DNA from: Pristiophorus japonicus
Taxonomy: Eukaryota
Assembly (NCBI RefSeq): GCF_044704955.1
Contig: NC_091979.1
Coordinates: 292,330,001-292,394,000, forward strand
Length of the DNA stretch: 64,000 bases
Reading direction: 5' to 3'
Shown here piece by piece: positions 25,881 to 40,195 of the stretch. A model generated the notes under the pieces. It did no database searches and was not told the DNA's origin. It was given only the letters and a program-made list of their open reading frames with translations. A program made the translations under genes and the position numbers. Numbering within the stretch: the stretch's first letter is position 1; each line of letters starts with the position of its first letter.

Positions 25881-26348
25881 GAAGTTGTGCGTCCTTTTTC
25901 TTTGGCTTGGTGCCATACCCTACAAAAGAGAGCAGAGAACTGGAGGTGGCCCGCCACAAATTGTGCAGCTTACAAATGCAGAGGAGGATGCCATGGAGAT
26001 AATTGGCACACCTCCATCCCTGTCAATCGGAGATGGAAAGGCAGGGAGCCCACATTTAGCTGGTGTAAGGGGTTTTCTCAGGGAGTGTTGTTGTGCCTTA
26101 GGTGTCTCTCTCTGGGCTTCTGCCCTCACAGCTTATGCCTGGCCTGTGAGGTACCCTGAGTGCTGCAAGAGCACCCCTGGAGAGACTGTGTCCACAGCTT
26201 ATGAAGGGGGTTTTGAGACTCGTGTGCCCCCACAGCTTATGCCTAGCCTGTGAGGCACCTGTGAGTGTCAAACACTCCTAACCCCTTTCTTCCCTAGCCT
26301 GTGACACACAGTTGAGCATTTTCGAGGCGCTCCTAGCTTCCCTTACAA

Positions 26349-27390
26349 TGTTCTGACATAAGACTCACGATCAGGAGATGTAATACAATAGAATTGAGAC
26401 AAGGTGATTCCAAGAGGAACTTTAGGCTTCCAATTTATTTGACAAGGTGTATCTCAACGAACAGCAATACACCAACAAAACAATCCCTCTAAATCCCACT
26501 AAACGGACACAACGAAAATCTTTACACAAGTTTAGCAGTACAATGCCCAACCTCCCACCTTTCCTGGCCTAACTGAGTTGGGAGTTCTGGGGACCAGAGG
26601 TTATACTCACTACTGTGCCTTCTGAAGTCTGGTGGTTTGTTTCTTCTATCTTCGGTGTCTTCGGACACTGGTTTTCCTTCAGTGTCGAGAATCTTGCTGG
26701 TTGTGGTTGTTGGATGACGAGGGAGGGAAAACCACCCACACTGCGTCAGAAACCCCTTTTTATAGCCAGATTATCCAGTCCGCCTCTCCTGCTGAATTCG
26801 ATTCTTCTCATTGATGGACTTTGTGATTTTGAAAAATGCAGCAGTTTTAGATTATTGCGGGGTTTTTTCCACTGATGTTAACCTACTCAAGGTTTGAGTG
26901 GGTGTTGATTGCATTGGCCTCCTGTAGCCATTGTATAGGCCCTTGGGTTGTTTTGGGTTCCCTGGTTTCTAAGGTCTGCATAATTTTCCTCCAATTCAAT
27001 TTTCTCTAACCTACTCAAGGTTTGAGTAGGGGTTGATTGTGTTGGCTTCCTGTAGCCATTGTGTAGGCTCTTGGTTTGTTTTGGGTTCCCTAGTTTTCTG
27101 AAGATCTGCATAATTTCCTTCCATAGTGTAAACATGGGGAAGACAATAGTCCGATAATGGCTGTGAGTCAGTCCCAGTTTTCGAGCAAGTGCTCTCCCAT
27201 TGGCTTGAAAGCCCCATGCTTCGGGCTGACTCTGTCTCACCATTGGCCCTCCGGTGTCCTCCCCGTCCAATCACTGCTCTGTCAAGGTCAAACTGTTATC
27301 GGTTTCAATTCACAGCACAGACTGCTCCCACAGCCCTTTTCCTTCTGGGTAAAATGAGGGGGTTTTCGTCCTCCCCTACACTGGTGACAG
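26349..27390 (-). mobile_element. LTR-like insertion with 128-bp internal tandem duplication
   Basis: Minus-strand order CCAAT boxes, CTATAAAA (~26760), AATAAA (~26435). Repeat copies start at 26879 and 27007. Termini and TSD not resolved. Confidence 0.5.
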
Positions 27391-27842
27391 AATCGAAAAT
27401 ATCTCTGACGCACATGCTCACTTTATTTCATTAATGACTGAACTATGAGAAGTCTGAGTATGGTGAGTGTCAAGATTGTTACTTTGCCATGACAGGTACT
27501 TCATGCCTAGAGCAAGAGTCGCAGGAGATGCATGAAGATAATTCCTCAGAAAACCTCATTCCTACTGAGGGTGCACCATCACAGAACAGACAGCCATGCA
27601 CCAGCGCAGATACTCACACTTCGTTGGGTACACTTATACAGTTAGTTGGGGTTTCACCTGGTAATTCATGCCTCACAAGTGAGCACGTGCAGACAGTGGT
27701 GGCAGGGATAGATGTGGAGAGTCCATGTTGGGAGGTGTAGTCCTCTCCAAGCTCTGCTCTGCTGGACACAAATGCTGAACCATCATTGAGAAGGGGCATG
27801 CTAGAGGGTCATCAGCAAATTTGCAAGCTACTGACAGATATG

Positions 27843-27843
<1 letters not shown>

Positions 27844-27887
<44 letters not shown>
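27844..27887. repeat. (CA)22 microsatellite
   Basis: Uninterrupted CA run. Confidence 0.98.
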
Positions 27888-27891
<4 letters not shown>

Positions 27892-30404
27892 ACAATAGCG
27901 GAGAATGGAGGTGATTGATGGCGCAGGTAATTGCGAGATTGTCTGCCATGGAAAGAGTGGCCGTCTCCATGAAACTTCAAGCCTGGCTCCCAAATGAATG
28001 CATGCAGGCCATGACCATGGCCAAGCAGACTTTGGCTGCAAACATGTCCGGCATCTTAAACAGGATGACAGATACCTTATCCTTATAATATGACATTAAT
28101 CTTCAGCAAGCTGCTCTGCAGCAGAGTGGTAGGAGGGATGTGGCCCTGGATCATGAGAGGGATGGTAGTGAAAGGGGACATTAAGTAGGAACTCCACTTA
28201 AAGTGCTCCCACATGTTACCTGTTGCCCCCATCCCTCCCCCACCCAATCAGTAATCTACAAGCTTCCTTGTCTCCCGGTGGTCAAGCCTGCCCCTGCACA
28301 GGCAGGTACAACAATCTTTAGCGGGGCCCTCAGGGGCTCCAAGACCCTGAGGTCATAGGCCAAAAACATCTCAGCAGTCAGGATAAGGATCTGGGCAGTC
28401 TGCTGCTACTTTTACTGAAGCCACACGAGATGCACCATGTAGAAGCACTAGGAAGCGTAAGGTTAGGAAATTGTAATTTACCAAGAATATGCGCATGGGT
28501 GTTTGACACAATGTTATTTTGTTACTTTTTTTTCTAAGGCCACTTAAACTGTATTGATTAGCATCACTTGCACCCATTGCCCATTATTGTAGTCCAAGTG
28601 CCAACTCGCCCTTTCACTTGTTTCATGATGAATGTCAATACATGACAGGACCCACTGGGCAGATGTCCAATGTATGGATGAATGTTTAAAGGACTGATTT
28701 GTACAAAGTGAGGGGGTGGTGAGTTGGTCGTGGTGGGAACTTTCATTTGTTATTTATTCCAGTCGGAATAATTAACTGAACCTTCGAGCTATTAGGGCAC
28801 CCCTGGCATTCGGGGCAGCAATGTATGCGGCTGGTCTGGCGATGGGTGCCCATTTACACATTCCTACTCCTCCTCCTCTTCAATATTCTCCTCATGGTGA
28901 TGCCTGATGAGTGTTGTGTTCGACCTCCACCTGTAATCCTCTCTGCTGTGCAATATTCTGCAGAACCCAGCATGTCACTACAGTTATGGACACCTTCACT
29001 GATGAGCAATGATGATCCCCTCCAAACCTTTCCAGGCACCTGAAGCGCATCTTCAACTTGCCGCTGGCTTGCTCAATGACGTGCCTGCTGGTCATGTGGC
29101 TCTCGTTGCAGCGCTCCTGAGACTCATTTTTGGGATTCTTCACAGGTATCATGAGCCAAGTTTGAAGGAAGTATCCCTCATTTCCTACGAGCTAGCCCTT
29201 AAGTCTGATTCCTGGAACAAAAAGGTCTGGAATATTGGACTGCTCCAGTATGAAAGCATCATGCAGCTCCCAGGGAAACTGGCGCACACCTCTTCTTGTA
29301 GTTGCATACCAACTGTGCATTGATGGAATAAAATCCCTCGCAGTTGATAAAAACTCCTGGTTGAAGTGGTGGCCCTCAGATTGTGACATTTGTGCAATCG
29401 ATGGCACCCTGTACCTGTGGGAAGCCAGCCGGAGAGGTGAATGCGATTGCCCACTCATTTTGACTATTGTCGTCACTGGGGAAATTGACATAAGTTAATG
29501 TCATGGCAAACAACCCATCCTTGAACTGCTTATACATTTATGGGTAGCCAACTAAGAAACCCCTGAGATGTCTCCAATAGCGCACTGAAAGGAGCCAGAG
29601 GTAAAGAAATTGAGGGCGGTGGTGACTTTGACAGAGGCGGGCAATCCATGGCCACTGGGTCCAGCAGGGAGCAGCTCTTCTTGAAGGAGGCTGCTGATGT
29701 CTGCGACCACCTACACTGTCAATCTGTGCATGTGGAACCACTTCAACACATTACGACCATGAATGCTGACTGTCTTCCTTGTTTGATGTAGTGTCGAAAA
29801 CATCCATAGTACCTCCTATCCTGCTGGTGTCCATTTGAAAGCCTCCAAAATTCTCAAAAACCTACATGCTGACAAGAACTCTCTGCAAAATATTTGCCAG
29901 AGTGAACTGACAAAGCAGCTGAAAGGACTGAGCCTTTATGGAGGTCAGGCAATCTGAACTTTATAGACCTCCATGAAATACCCCTCAATCTCACCTCCTT
30001 TTCACTTCCGAGCTTCCTGAGCTCCAGGAAATCCATGCTGGAGGCATTAAATTCAAATGCCTCTTTAATTCAATTTAAAGTCCCCTTATTACCATGTGCC
30101 AATGATGTTAACGGCTGTGGTAAATACTGACCCGCCTGCCCTAATGGTCGGCGAACAGGTTACTCGCGCACAGCCAAATGTGCCGCCATTAATTTACGGA
30201 AGTGAGTGCGTTGGAGCCGGGTTGCAGTCGCACTTCAATTTTCTTCAATGTTTACTTCCCACCCGACCTCAACCCAACCGTTCTTGGGGGTTAAAATTCC
30301 CGCCAGTGTATCTCCCTCTAGAGGCCATCAGCAAATTAAACACATTTTATTTAAAAAGGTGAAGCAGCAGTGAAAATCACAACAAGGAAATTCCTCAGAT
30401 TCTG

Positions 30405-33400
30405 TCATATTATGGACACCTAGCTAACAGTGACCATAATATGATAGAAATCGACATTAGGTTTGAGAGAGAGAAGGGCGAGTCACGCACCAAAGTTTTA
30501 CATTTAGGGAAGGCTGACATTGGAGAGATGAGGCAGGAATTGACTACAATAGACTGGGCAGAATTATTAATGGATAAAACTACCAATGAACAGTGGGAAG
30601 TGTTCAAAAAGGTATTTCGGAGGATACAAGACCTGTACATACCCTTAAATGGCAAGTGTTCTACTTGTGTAATTAAACAACCTTGGTCAATAAGGGAAGT
30701 GAGAGATAGTATAAAACTTCAAGAAAGGGATTCTAAAAAGGCAAAGAACAGTAGCATCCCATGGTCTGGGAGAGATATAAGGAACAGTAAAGATATACAA
30801 AGAAGGTAGTTAGAACAGAAAAGAGGGAATACAAGAAAAAACTTGCAACGGATAGCAAGGACAACACGAAAGGTTTTAACAAATATATTAAAAGAAAGAG
30901 GGTGGCTAAGAGTAATGTGGGCCCCTTAATAACAGATGAAGGTTATATTGTAATTAGAAATCAGGAAATGGCAGACTTACTAAATAACTACTTTGTATCG
31001 TTCTTCATAGTAGAGGATGAAGCTAAAGTACCAAGGATACAAGAAAAATTAAAAATAAGTCAAACAAGGGGAGGAACTGACCAGATTCAATATAAGTAAT
31101 ACAAATAGTGATGGAGAAACTAATGAGATTAAAAATAGACACATTTCCAGGACCCGGTGGTTTCCATCCCAGGTTATTAAAAGAAATAGCTGAGGAAATT
31201 GTTGATGTGTTAGTTACGATCTTCCAAAACTCTCAATTCAGGTATTGTGCCCTTGGATTGGAAAACTGCCAATGTCACTCCATTATTTAAGAAGGTAGGA
31301 GAGATAAACTAGTAATTATAAGTCTATTAATCTAATGTCAGTTGTGGGTGAGTTACTAGAATTATTAGGGACAGGCATGTGGACAAATATGAGCTAATCA
31401 GAGAGAGCCGGTGTAGATTTGGATGGGCAAATAATGTTTAATGAACCGAGTTGAATGTTATTGAGGTGGTAGCAAATGTGGTAGATAAGGGAGTGTCTAT
31501 AGATGTTCTTTATATGGACTTCCAGAATGCATTCGACAAGGTTTCACAAGAGACTTAACAAAATGGGAGAGCATGGAATTGGAGAAACCCATTGGCTTGG
31601 ATAGGGAATTGGTTAGGAGGAAGGCGATAGAGAGTAGGGATAATGGGTATGTATTCAAATTGGCAGGATGTGACTAGTGGTGTTCCCCAGGGATCTGTAT
31701 CAGGGTCACAGCTTTTCACTACATTTATAAATTAACTAGATGAAGAAATAGAGAGCCTTATATCTAAATTTGCTGACAACACTCGGTGGCACAATAAATA
31801 GTGTAGACGGGAGCAGAAAGTTGCCAAAGGACATTGATAGATTAAGTGAGTGGACAGAACTGTGGCAGATGGCGTTCAATGTGGGAAAGTGTGAGGTCAT
31901 CCACCTTGGACCCAAAAAAGATAGATCCGACTATTTTTTAAATGTTGAAGTGTGCATGAGCAGAGAGATTTAGGGGTCCAAGTACAGAACTCACTAAAAG
32001 CTACTGAACAGGTATAAAAAATAACTAAAAAGGCAAATAGAACATTGGCCATTATTTCAAGAAGCTGGAATGCAAAGGGGTGGAATTATGTTACAAATGT
32101 ACAGAACCCTGGTTACACCCCATTACTGTATCCAGTTCTGGGTATTGCAACTTAGGAAGGGGATGCAGTGCAGATCACCAGAATGATACCAGGGCTAAAA
32201 AGTTTAAATTATAAGGATAGAGTGAATAGCAATTCCAAAAGCAAAATACTGCGGATGCTGGAAATCTGAAATAAAAACATAAAATGTTGGAAATACTCAG
32301 CAGGTCAGGCAGTAGCTTTGGAGAGAAAAACAGGATTAATGTTTCAAGTCGACGGCCTTTTGTTAGAACTGCAAAAAGTTACTAATGTAACAGGTTTTAA
32401 GCAAGTACAAAGGCAGGGAAAGAGGGGAGGGGAGGAAAGAATAAAAAGTAAGTCTGTGACAAGATGGAAGGCAAGAGAGATTAAATGACAAAAGGATGAT
32501 GATACAAGGCGAAAGGAGATGGTAATGAGACAAGTAACGAAACAAAAGAAGGGTCTAGAGAAGGCGTAAATGGGAATAGCAGAATCATCAGCAACAGGTA
32601 CTGTCTGAAAAATGAGGTTATAATCTGAAATTGTTGAACACAATGTTGAGTCCAGAAGGCTGTAAAGTGCCTAATCGAAAGATAAGGCGCTGTTCTTCCA
32701 GTTTACGTTGAGCTTCATTGGAACAGTGTAGGAGGACAAGGACAGAGCGGCCAGACTGGGAGTGGGGCAGGGAATCAAAATAACAGGTGACCGGAAGCTC
32801 AGGGCTTGCGGACTGAACGGAAGTGCTCTGCAAAGCGATCACCCAATCTGTGTTTGGTCTCCCCAATGTAGCAGAGACCGCGTCGTGTGCAGTGAACATA
32901 GTACACTAAATTGAAAGAAGTATAAGTAAATCACTGTTTCAGCTGGAAGAAGCATTTGGGCCCCTGGACAGAGGGAAGCGAGGAGGTAAAAGGGCAGGTG
33001 TTGCATCTCCAGTGCTTGTACGGATAGGTGCCGTGGGAAGGGAAGTGCGTGTTGGGAGTGGACCAGGGTGTTGCAGAGGGAATGGTCCCTTTAGAATGCT
33101 GAAAGGGGAGCGGAGGGGAACATGTGTTTGGTGGTGGGATCATGTCGGAGGTGGCAGAAATGGTGGGATTGAAGGTGAGGACAAGGGAAACCCTATCGTG
33201 GTTCTGGGAGGGAGGGGGTGAGAGCAGAAGTGCGGGAATTGGAACAGACACAGTCGAGGGCCATGTCAACCATGGTGGAGGGGAATCCTCAGTTGAGGAA
33301 AAAGAAAGACATATCACTTGCATATAGAAGATGAAAGGGTGATCTATTTGAGGTGTTGAAAATGATCAAAGGAATTGATAGGTAGATAGAGATAAACTAG

Positions 33401-33700
33401 TTCCTCTGGTGGGGGAGGCCAGAATAAGGGGGAATAGCCTTAAAAATTAGAGCTGCTATTCCAGGGTTATGTCAGAAAGCACTTCTTCACACAAAGGGTA
33501 GTCGAAATCTGGACCTCTCTCCCCCAAAAAGCTGTTGAGGCTAGGTCAATTGAAAATTTCAAAACTGAGATTGATGGACTAGGCAGGGGTACCAAGGGTT
33601 AAAGAACCAAGGCGGTTAGTTGGTGTTAAGATACAGATCAGCCATTATCTAATTGAATGGTGGAACAGGCTCGAGGGGCTGAACGGCCTACTCCTGTTCC
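30405..33700 (+). mobile_element. Old degenerate CR1 LINE split by a Penelope insertion
   Basis: Broken ORFs with SDHNMI, PGPxGFHPR, MDFQNAFDKV, GVPQGSV and FNVGKCEVIH; the 3' end resumes after 33322. Confidence 0.85.
32237..33322 (-). mobile_element. Penelope-like element 3' part (GIY-YIG region + pseudo-LTR)
   Basis: HDRVSLVLTF, CNTCPF, LPVTCYF..QRKLEEQRLIFRLGTLQPSGLNI.FNNF; decayed hammerhead core at 32335-32370. Confidence 0.85.
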
Positions 33701-33963
33701 TACTTTCCGCTGTCATAACTTCAGCAGAAACCCTATTTACATGATTTCACTTAACCTCCAGCAGCAAAACCCCGAGGAAATTCCGACACTGGTTTTCGTG
33801 CTCAACCTTTTGCCCTATCTAGGTTTGCAGAGAGAAATGCATATTAACAAAGGAAATATAAGATGGGTTAAAAACCAGTCATCTCCATTTTATGCATTGA
33901 CTTCAAGATATGTATAACATACAATAGTCATCATCTTGTAATATCTTTTTCATAATCTTGTAC

Positions 33964-34134
33964 CTCAATTATGGCTCTTGTTTCGTCTCCAATACAGGGT
34001 AATCCCTCCAGGTCGTTCATCTGACTTATTGTGTAAGGAAGGGATTTTAGCAACGATGTTGCTCTTGAATATGCAACATAGGGGCCGTCGGTTTCATTGA
34101 ACTCACAGTTCTCTGCCAAAATGTCCAATGCATC
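33964..34134 (-). CDS. DNTT: Terminal deoxynucleotidyl transferase, internal exon (human exon 4 equivalent; 8-kDa domain)
   Basis: Acceptor ttttttctgcag|GAT and donor GAG|gtacaa; 171 bp, phase 0/0. Translates DALDILAENCEFNETDGPYVAYSRATSLLKSLPYTISQMNDLEGLPCIGDETRAIIE, matching the TdT pattern DAxDILAENxEF...RAxSxLKSLP. Size equals the recalled human exon 4. Confidence 0.95.
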
Positions 34135-34774
34135 CTGCAGAAAAAATAGCTAGAACATTAGCAATGCTAATATGCAACATATGAAATCTCAGAGATTATA
34201 AGCAGTGTACTATGACCAGTAAATCACATTGAAGTTCGCTGACTTTGATTTCTGTGGTGATCTATCAAAGCCATTGATTGCAGTTCATTTTCCTCAAAAA
34301 ATCCAGAGACTTGAGCTTTGGTCTTCAAACCATAAAAAACATAAGAATTTTTTGTGCTATGTAGAACCCACCCACGGGTAGATACATGCAGAATATCAAT
34401 GTGAAATTTCAATTGCATATTAATAGCGGCAAAAATAGATTAAAGCACAGGACAGGATGAAATTGTCCTCTAAAGCAATTTGGAACCTGATCAATGTTAT
34501 CATATTTCACCACCCCAATGCTGCTACTAGTATGAGTTGCCACAGTGTTAAATCTCAATCAATTTGGGAGCTAAATATTCCAGGCTATAAGATTTTTAGT
34601 AATTGCCTTTTGGGAAAACTATTATGTGCACTAGAAGTAGTTGCAAATGGTTAATTTGGATAATGGTTAATAGTAAATGTTAAAAGTACAAGTAGTTTGT
34701 ATATTGACCCTAATAGATGTAATTTTCCAACTCCATGCTTCCAATTGTCAGTCCCGCTCACTGGCAGCACATAT

Positions 34775-35020
34775 CAACAACAGCAACTTGCATTTATATA
34801 CCGTCTTTAACATAGTAAAACATCCCAAGGCATTTCACGGGAGCGTTATCGAACAAAATTTGAGACAAATAAGGAACGATTAGGACAGGTGGTCAAAGAC
34901 ATAGATTTTAAGAAGCATCTTAAAGGAGAAGAGAGCGTGGGAGAGGAGGAGCAACAATTCCAGGGCCTAAGGCATGGCAGTTGAAGGTAAGGCCTGCAAT
35001 GGTGGAACGATTGAAATCGG
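34775..35020 (-). mobile_element. L2-type 3' tail
   Basis: Reverse-complement homolog of 22175-22410. Confidence 0.7.
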
Positions 35021-35024
35021 AGAA

Positions 35025-38000
35025 AAGAACATAAGAAATAGGAACCGGAGTTGGCCATACGGCCCCTCGAGCCTGCTCTGCCATTTAATACGATCATTGC
35101 TGATCCGATCATGGACTCAGCTCCTCTTCCCTGCCCGCTCCCCATAACCCCTTATCTCCTTATCGTTTAAGAAACTGTCTATTTCTGTCTTAAATTTATT
35201 CAATGTCCCAGCTTCCACAACTCTCTGAGGCAGCGAATTCCACAGATTTACAACCCTCTGAGGGAAGAAATTTCTCCTCATCTCTGTTTTAAATGGGTGG
35301 CCCCTTATTCTAAGATCATGCCCTCTAGTTCTAGTCTCCCCCATCAGTGGAAACATCCTCTCTGCATCCACCTTGTCAAGCCCCCTCATAATTTTACATG
35401 TTTCGATAAGATCACCTCTCATTCTTCTGAATTCCAATAAGTAAAGGCCCAACCTACTCAACCTTCCCTCATTAGTCAACCCCCTCATCCCCGGAATCAA
35501 CCTAGTGAACCTTCTCTGAACTGCCTCCAAAGCAAGTATATCCTTTCGTAAATATGAAAACCAAAACTGCCGCAGTATTCCAGGTATTATATATGTATAC
35601 TTGTATTTACTCGGTACAGCCACATAATCCCTTGGGAGCAGAGGTATTTAAGGAGGCTTCACAGGTTGAAGAGGCACTCTGGAGACCTGCAATAAAAGAC
35701 CAAGGTCACACTTTACTTTGAGCTCACAGTGTTCAGTCTGACTCTTTCTCCATACACAACAACTGGCAACGAGCTATAGATAGCGAATCCAAAGATGCAG
35801 AGAACAGTGGGCATCCTGGAGAAATTCTCAGAGGGAGATGATTGGGAAACTTTTGTGGAGCGACTCGACCAATATACCATGGCCAACGAGCTAGATGGGG
35901 AAGAGAGCGCTGCCAAACGAAGAGTGATCCATCTCACTGTCTGTGGGGCACCAATGTGTGGCCTCATGAAGAATCTGCTCACTCCAGCTAAACCCACAGA
36001 GAAATCTTACGACGATTTGTGCACACTGGTCCGGGAGCATTTGAACCCGAAGGAAAGCATTCTGATGGCGAGGTATCGGTTCTCCACCTATAAAAGGTCT
36101 GAAGGCCAGGAAGTGGCGAGTTATGTCGCCGAGCTAAGACGCCTTGCAGGACATTGTGAATTTGAAGGATATTTGGAGCATATGCTCAGAGACTTTTTCG
36201 TACTTGGCATTGGCCACGAAACCATACCTTGCAAACTTTTGACTGTAGAGACCCCAACCTTGAGTAAGGCCATAGCGATAGCCCAGGCGTTCATTGCCAC
36301 CAGTGACAATACTAAGCAAATCTCTCAGCACACAAGTGCTGCTACAAGTACTGTGAACAAAGTGATATTGTTTTTGAATCGTAATGTACAGGGCAGGTCA
36401 CACATACCTGCAGCTACAAGTCCTCAGATTTCCCAGAGTCCACCATCAAAGGTGATGAATGCAAGGCCATTAACACCTTGTTAGCGCTGCGGGAGTGATC
36501 ATCTTCTCCATTCATGCCCATACAAAGAGTACGTTTGCAAGGGCTGTGGAACAATGGGACACCTCCAACGAGTGTGTAGGCGAGCTGCAAAGCCTGTTAA
36601 AGCTGCAAACCACCATGTTGCAGAGGAGGACAGATCCACGGAGGATCACAATGAACCAGAGCCTCAGATCGAGGAGGCAGAGGTACATGGGGTGCAAACA
36701 TTCACCACGAATTGTCCCCCGATAATGCTGAATGTTGAACTAAATGGACTCCTGGTGTCAATGGAGCTGGATATGGGCGCGAGCCAGTCCATCATGGGCA
36801 AAAAGACTTTCAAAAGGTTGTGGTGCAACAAGGCCTCAAGGCCAGTCTTAACTCCAGTTTGCACAAAACTAAGAACTTACACAAAAGAACTGATTCCTGT
36901 AATCGGCAGTGCTACCGTAAAGGTCTCCTACATTAGAGCGGTGCATAAGCTACCACTCTGGGTGGTACCGGGCGATGGTCCCACGCTGCTTGGCAGGAGC
37001 TGGCTGGGAAAGATACGCTGGACCTGGGACGACGTCCGAGCACCATCACCCGCTGACGAGACTTCGTGTGCCCAGGTCTTAAACAAATTTCCTTCGCTGT
37101 TCAGACCAGGCATCGGAAATTTCCAAGGAGCAAAATTGTAGATCCACCTAATTCCAGGGGCGCGACCCATCCATCACAAGGCGAGAGCAGTACCGTACAT
37201 GATGAAAGAAAGGGTAGAGATCGAGCAAGACCAGCTGCAAAGAGAGGGCATCATTTCCCCGATCAAGTTCAACGAGTGGGCCAGTCCTATCGTCCCAGTC
37301 CTCAAGGGAGACGACACCATCAGAATCTGTGGTGATTACAAAGTAACTATCAATCGTTTCTCCCTGCAGGACCAATACCCACCACCAAAGACCCACGACC
37401 TTTTTTGCAACACTGGCGGGAGGAAAGACGTTCACGAAGCTGGATCTGACTTCAGCCTACATGACGCAGGAACTAGAGGAATCATCAAAGGTCCTCACCT
37501 GCATCAACATGCACAAAGATCTTTTTGTTTATAACAGATGCCCGTTTGGAATCCGATCAGCGGCAGTGATATTCCAGAGAAACATGGAAAGCTTACTGCA
37601 GTCGGTCCCACACACCGTGGTCTTCCAGGACGACATCTTGTTCACAGGTCGTAACACAGTTGAGCATCTGCAGAACCTGGAGGAGGTTCTTAGTCGACTC
37701 AACCGTGTGGGGCTCGAATTGCGCTCGAAGGGTGCCTGAAGTGGAGTTCCTGGAAAGGAGGATTGCGGTGGACGGCATCAGGCCCACCAATGCGAAGACG
37801 GAGGCAATCGAGAATACACCGAGGCCACAGAACGCGACGGAACTGCAGTCATTTCTGGGACTCCTGAACTACATTTGTAACTTCTTACCAGGTCTCAGCA
37901 CACTGTTAGAACCACTGCATGTCTTACTATGAAAAGGGGATGAATGGGTTTGGGGCAAAAGCCAAGAAAATGCCTTTGTAAAAGCGAGAAAATTGTTATG

Positions 38001-40195
38001 CTCAAACAAATTGCTTGTGTTGTATGATCCATGTAAGCGTTTGGTACTAGCATGTGATGCGTCATCATATGGTGTCGGGTTGTATTGCAACAAGTTAATG
38101 ATTTCGGGAAACTGCAACCGGTTGCTTATGCATCCAGGAGTATGCCTAAGACTGAGCGAGCCTACAGCATGATTGAGAAAGGCGCATTAGTGTGTGTCTA
38201 TGGGGTAAAGAAAATGCATCAATACCTGTTTGGGCTAAAATTCGAATTGGAAACTGACTATAAGCCAATTATATCCCTGTTCTCCAAGAGTAAAGGGATA
38301 AATACCAACGCATCAGCCCACATCCAGAGATGGGCGCTCACGTTGTTCGCATACATCTACGCTATCCGCCAAAGGCCAGGCACAGAAAACTGCGCCAATG
38401 CTCTCAGTAGACTGCCACTGCCCACCACGGGGGTGGAAATGGTGCAGCCCGCAGATCTAGCCATGGTTATGGAAGCATTTGAGAGTGAGCAAATCACCCG
38501 TCACTGCCCAGCAGATCAAAACCTGGACAAGCCAGGACCTCTTATTATTCTAGTCAAAAGCTGTGTGCTTCACAGGAGATGGTCCAGTGTCCCAGTGGAA
38601 ATGCAGGAAGAGATAAAGCCGTTCCAGTGGCGCAAAGATGAAATATCTATACAGGCAGACTGCCTTTTGTGGGGCAATCGAGTAGTGGTCCCCAAGAAGG
38701 GCAGAGACACCTTCATTCAATGACTTCCACAGTACCCACCCAGGCATCATAATGATGAAAGCGACAGCCAGATCCCATGTGTGGTGGCCCGGTATCGATG
38801 CAGACTTAGAGTCCTGCGTTCACAGATGTAATACATGCTCGCAATTAAGCAATGTACCCAGGGAGCCGCGCTGCTAAGTTTATGGTCTTGGCCCCCCAAA
38901 CCGTGGTCTAGGGTACACGTCGACTATGCAGGCCCATTCTTGGGTAAAATTTTCCTTGTGGTTGTAGACGCATACTCCAAGTGGATTGAACGTGAGATAA
39001 TGTCAGCTAGCACGTCCGCTGCCACTACTGAAAGCCTGCGGGCCATGTTTGCCACACACAGCATAGCTGATGTCCTGGTGAGCGACAACGGGCCACGTTT
39101 TACCAATGCTGAGTTCAAAGAATTCATGACCCGTAACGGGATCAAACATGTCACATCTGCCCCATTTAAACCAGCGTCCAAATGGTCAGGCAAAGAGAGC
39201 AGTGCAAACCATCAAGCAAGGCTTGAGAGGTAACTGAAGGCTCACTGCAGACTCGCCTATCCCGAGTCCTGCTTAGCTACCACACGAGACCCCACTCATT
39301 CACTGGGATCCCACCTGCTGAACTGCTCATGAAAAGAGCACTTAAGAGAAGGCTCTCGTTAGTTCACCCTGATCTACATGAACAGTGGCTTCAACAAAGT
39401 ACAGACCATGATAGCGCAAATGTGTCACACGACATTGAAATCAATTATCCTGTATTTGTATTAAATTATGGACAAGGTCCCAAGTGGCTTCCCGGCACTG
39501 TTGTGGCCAAAGAGGGGAGCAGGGTGTTTTGGGTCAACCTTTCAAATGGACTCATTCACTGGAAACACTTGGACCAAATCAAACTCAGATGCACGGACTA
39601 TCTTGAGCAACCCACCTTGGACCCTACCTTTTTTGATCCCCCAACACACACACCAGTGGCAACCAGCACCACGGTTGACCACGAAGCAGAACCCATCATC
39701 CACAGCAGCCCAGCAGGGCCCAACACACCAGGCAGCCAAGCAAGGCCAGCTGCACTGCAGCCCAGCGAGGGCCCAACAAGTGATTCAACAACATCAGCTT
39801 TCACACCGAGATGATCAACCAGGGCAAGAAGGGCCCCAGATCAACTCACATTGTAAATAGTTACACTATTGACATTGGGGGGGAGTGTTGTTGTATATGT
39901 AAACTTGTATCTACTCTGTATAGCCACTAGAGGGCTCATCCCCTGGAGTCCCAAGGGATCCCATAATCCCTTGGGAGCACAGGTATTTAAGGAGGCTTCA
40001 CAGGTTGGAGAGGCACTCTGGAGACCTGCAATGAAAGACCAAGGTCACACTTTACTTTGAGCTCACAGTGTTCAGTCTGACTCTTTCTCCGTACACAACA
40101 CCAGGTGTGGCCTCACCAATACCGTGTATAAATGTAGCAAGACTTCCTTGCTTTTATACTTCATCCCCTTTGCAGTAAAGACCAAGATTCCATTA
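35025..40195 (-). mobile_element. CR1 3' fragment interrupted by a Gypsy element
   Basis: (ttcttatg)n tail at ~35025; ORF 35117-35623; host sequence continues at 40101-40195. Confidence 0.9.
35585..40100 (+). mobile_element. Full-length Ty3/Gypsy LTR retrotransposon, decayed
   Basis: TSD CCAGG. LTRs at 35585-35761 and 39889-40100; PBS TGGCAACGAG; gag from 35795 with zinc knuckle; PR (LDMGAS), RT (WASPIV, FQDDIL), RNase H (CDAS), IN (HPG, DYAGP, SDNG); PPT at ~39877. Multiple stops and frameshifts. Confidence 0.97.

Larger units (their letters stand above)
25890..30304. mobile_element. Second PIF/Harbinger relic (Myb/SANT on +, transposase on -), left end missing
   Basis: Plus strand: KREQRTGGGPPQIVQLTNAEEDAMEIIG (25920-26065) and a last exon at ~27495-28476. 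Minus strand ~28780-29800: GFPQVQGAIDCTNV, NAQLVC, FPGSC, ERCNESHMTSRHVIEQASGKLKMRFRCL. Right TIR AAAATTCCCGCC. Confidence 0.85.
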
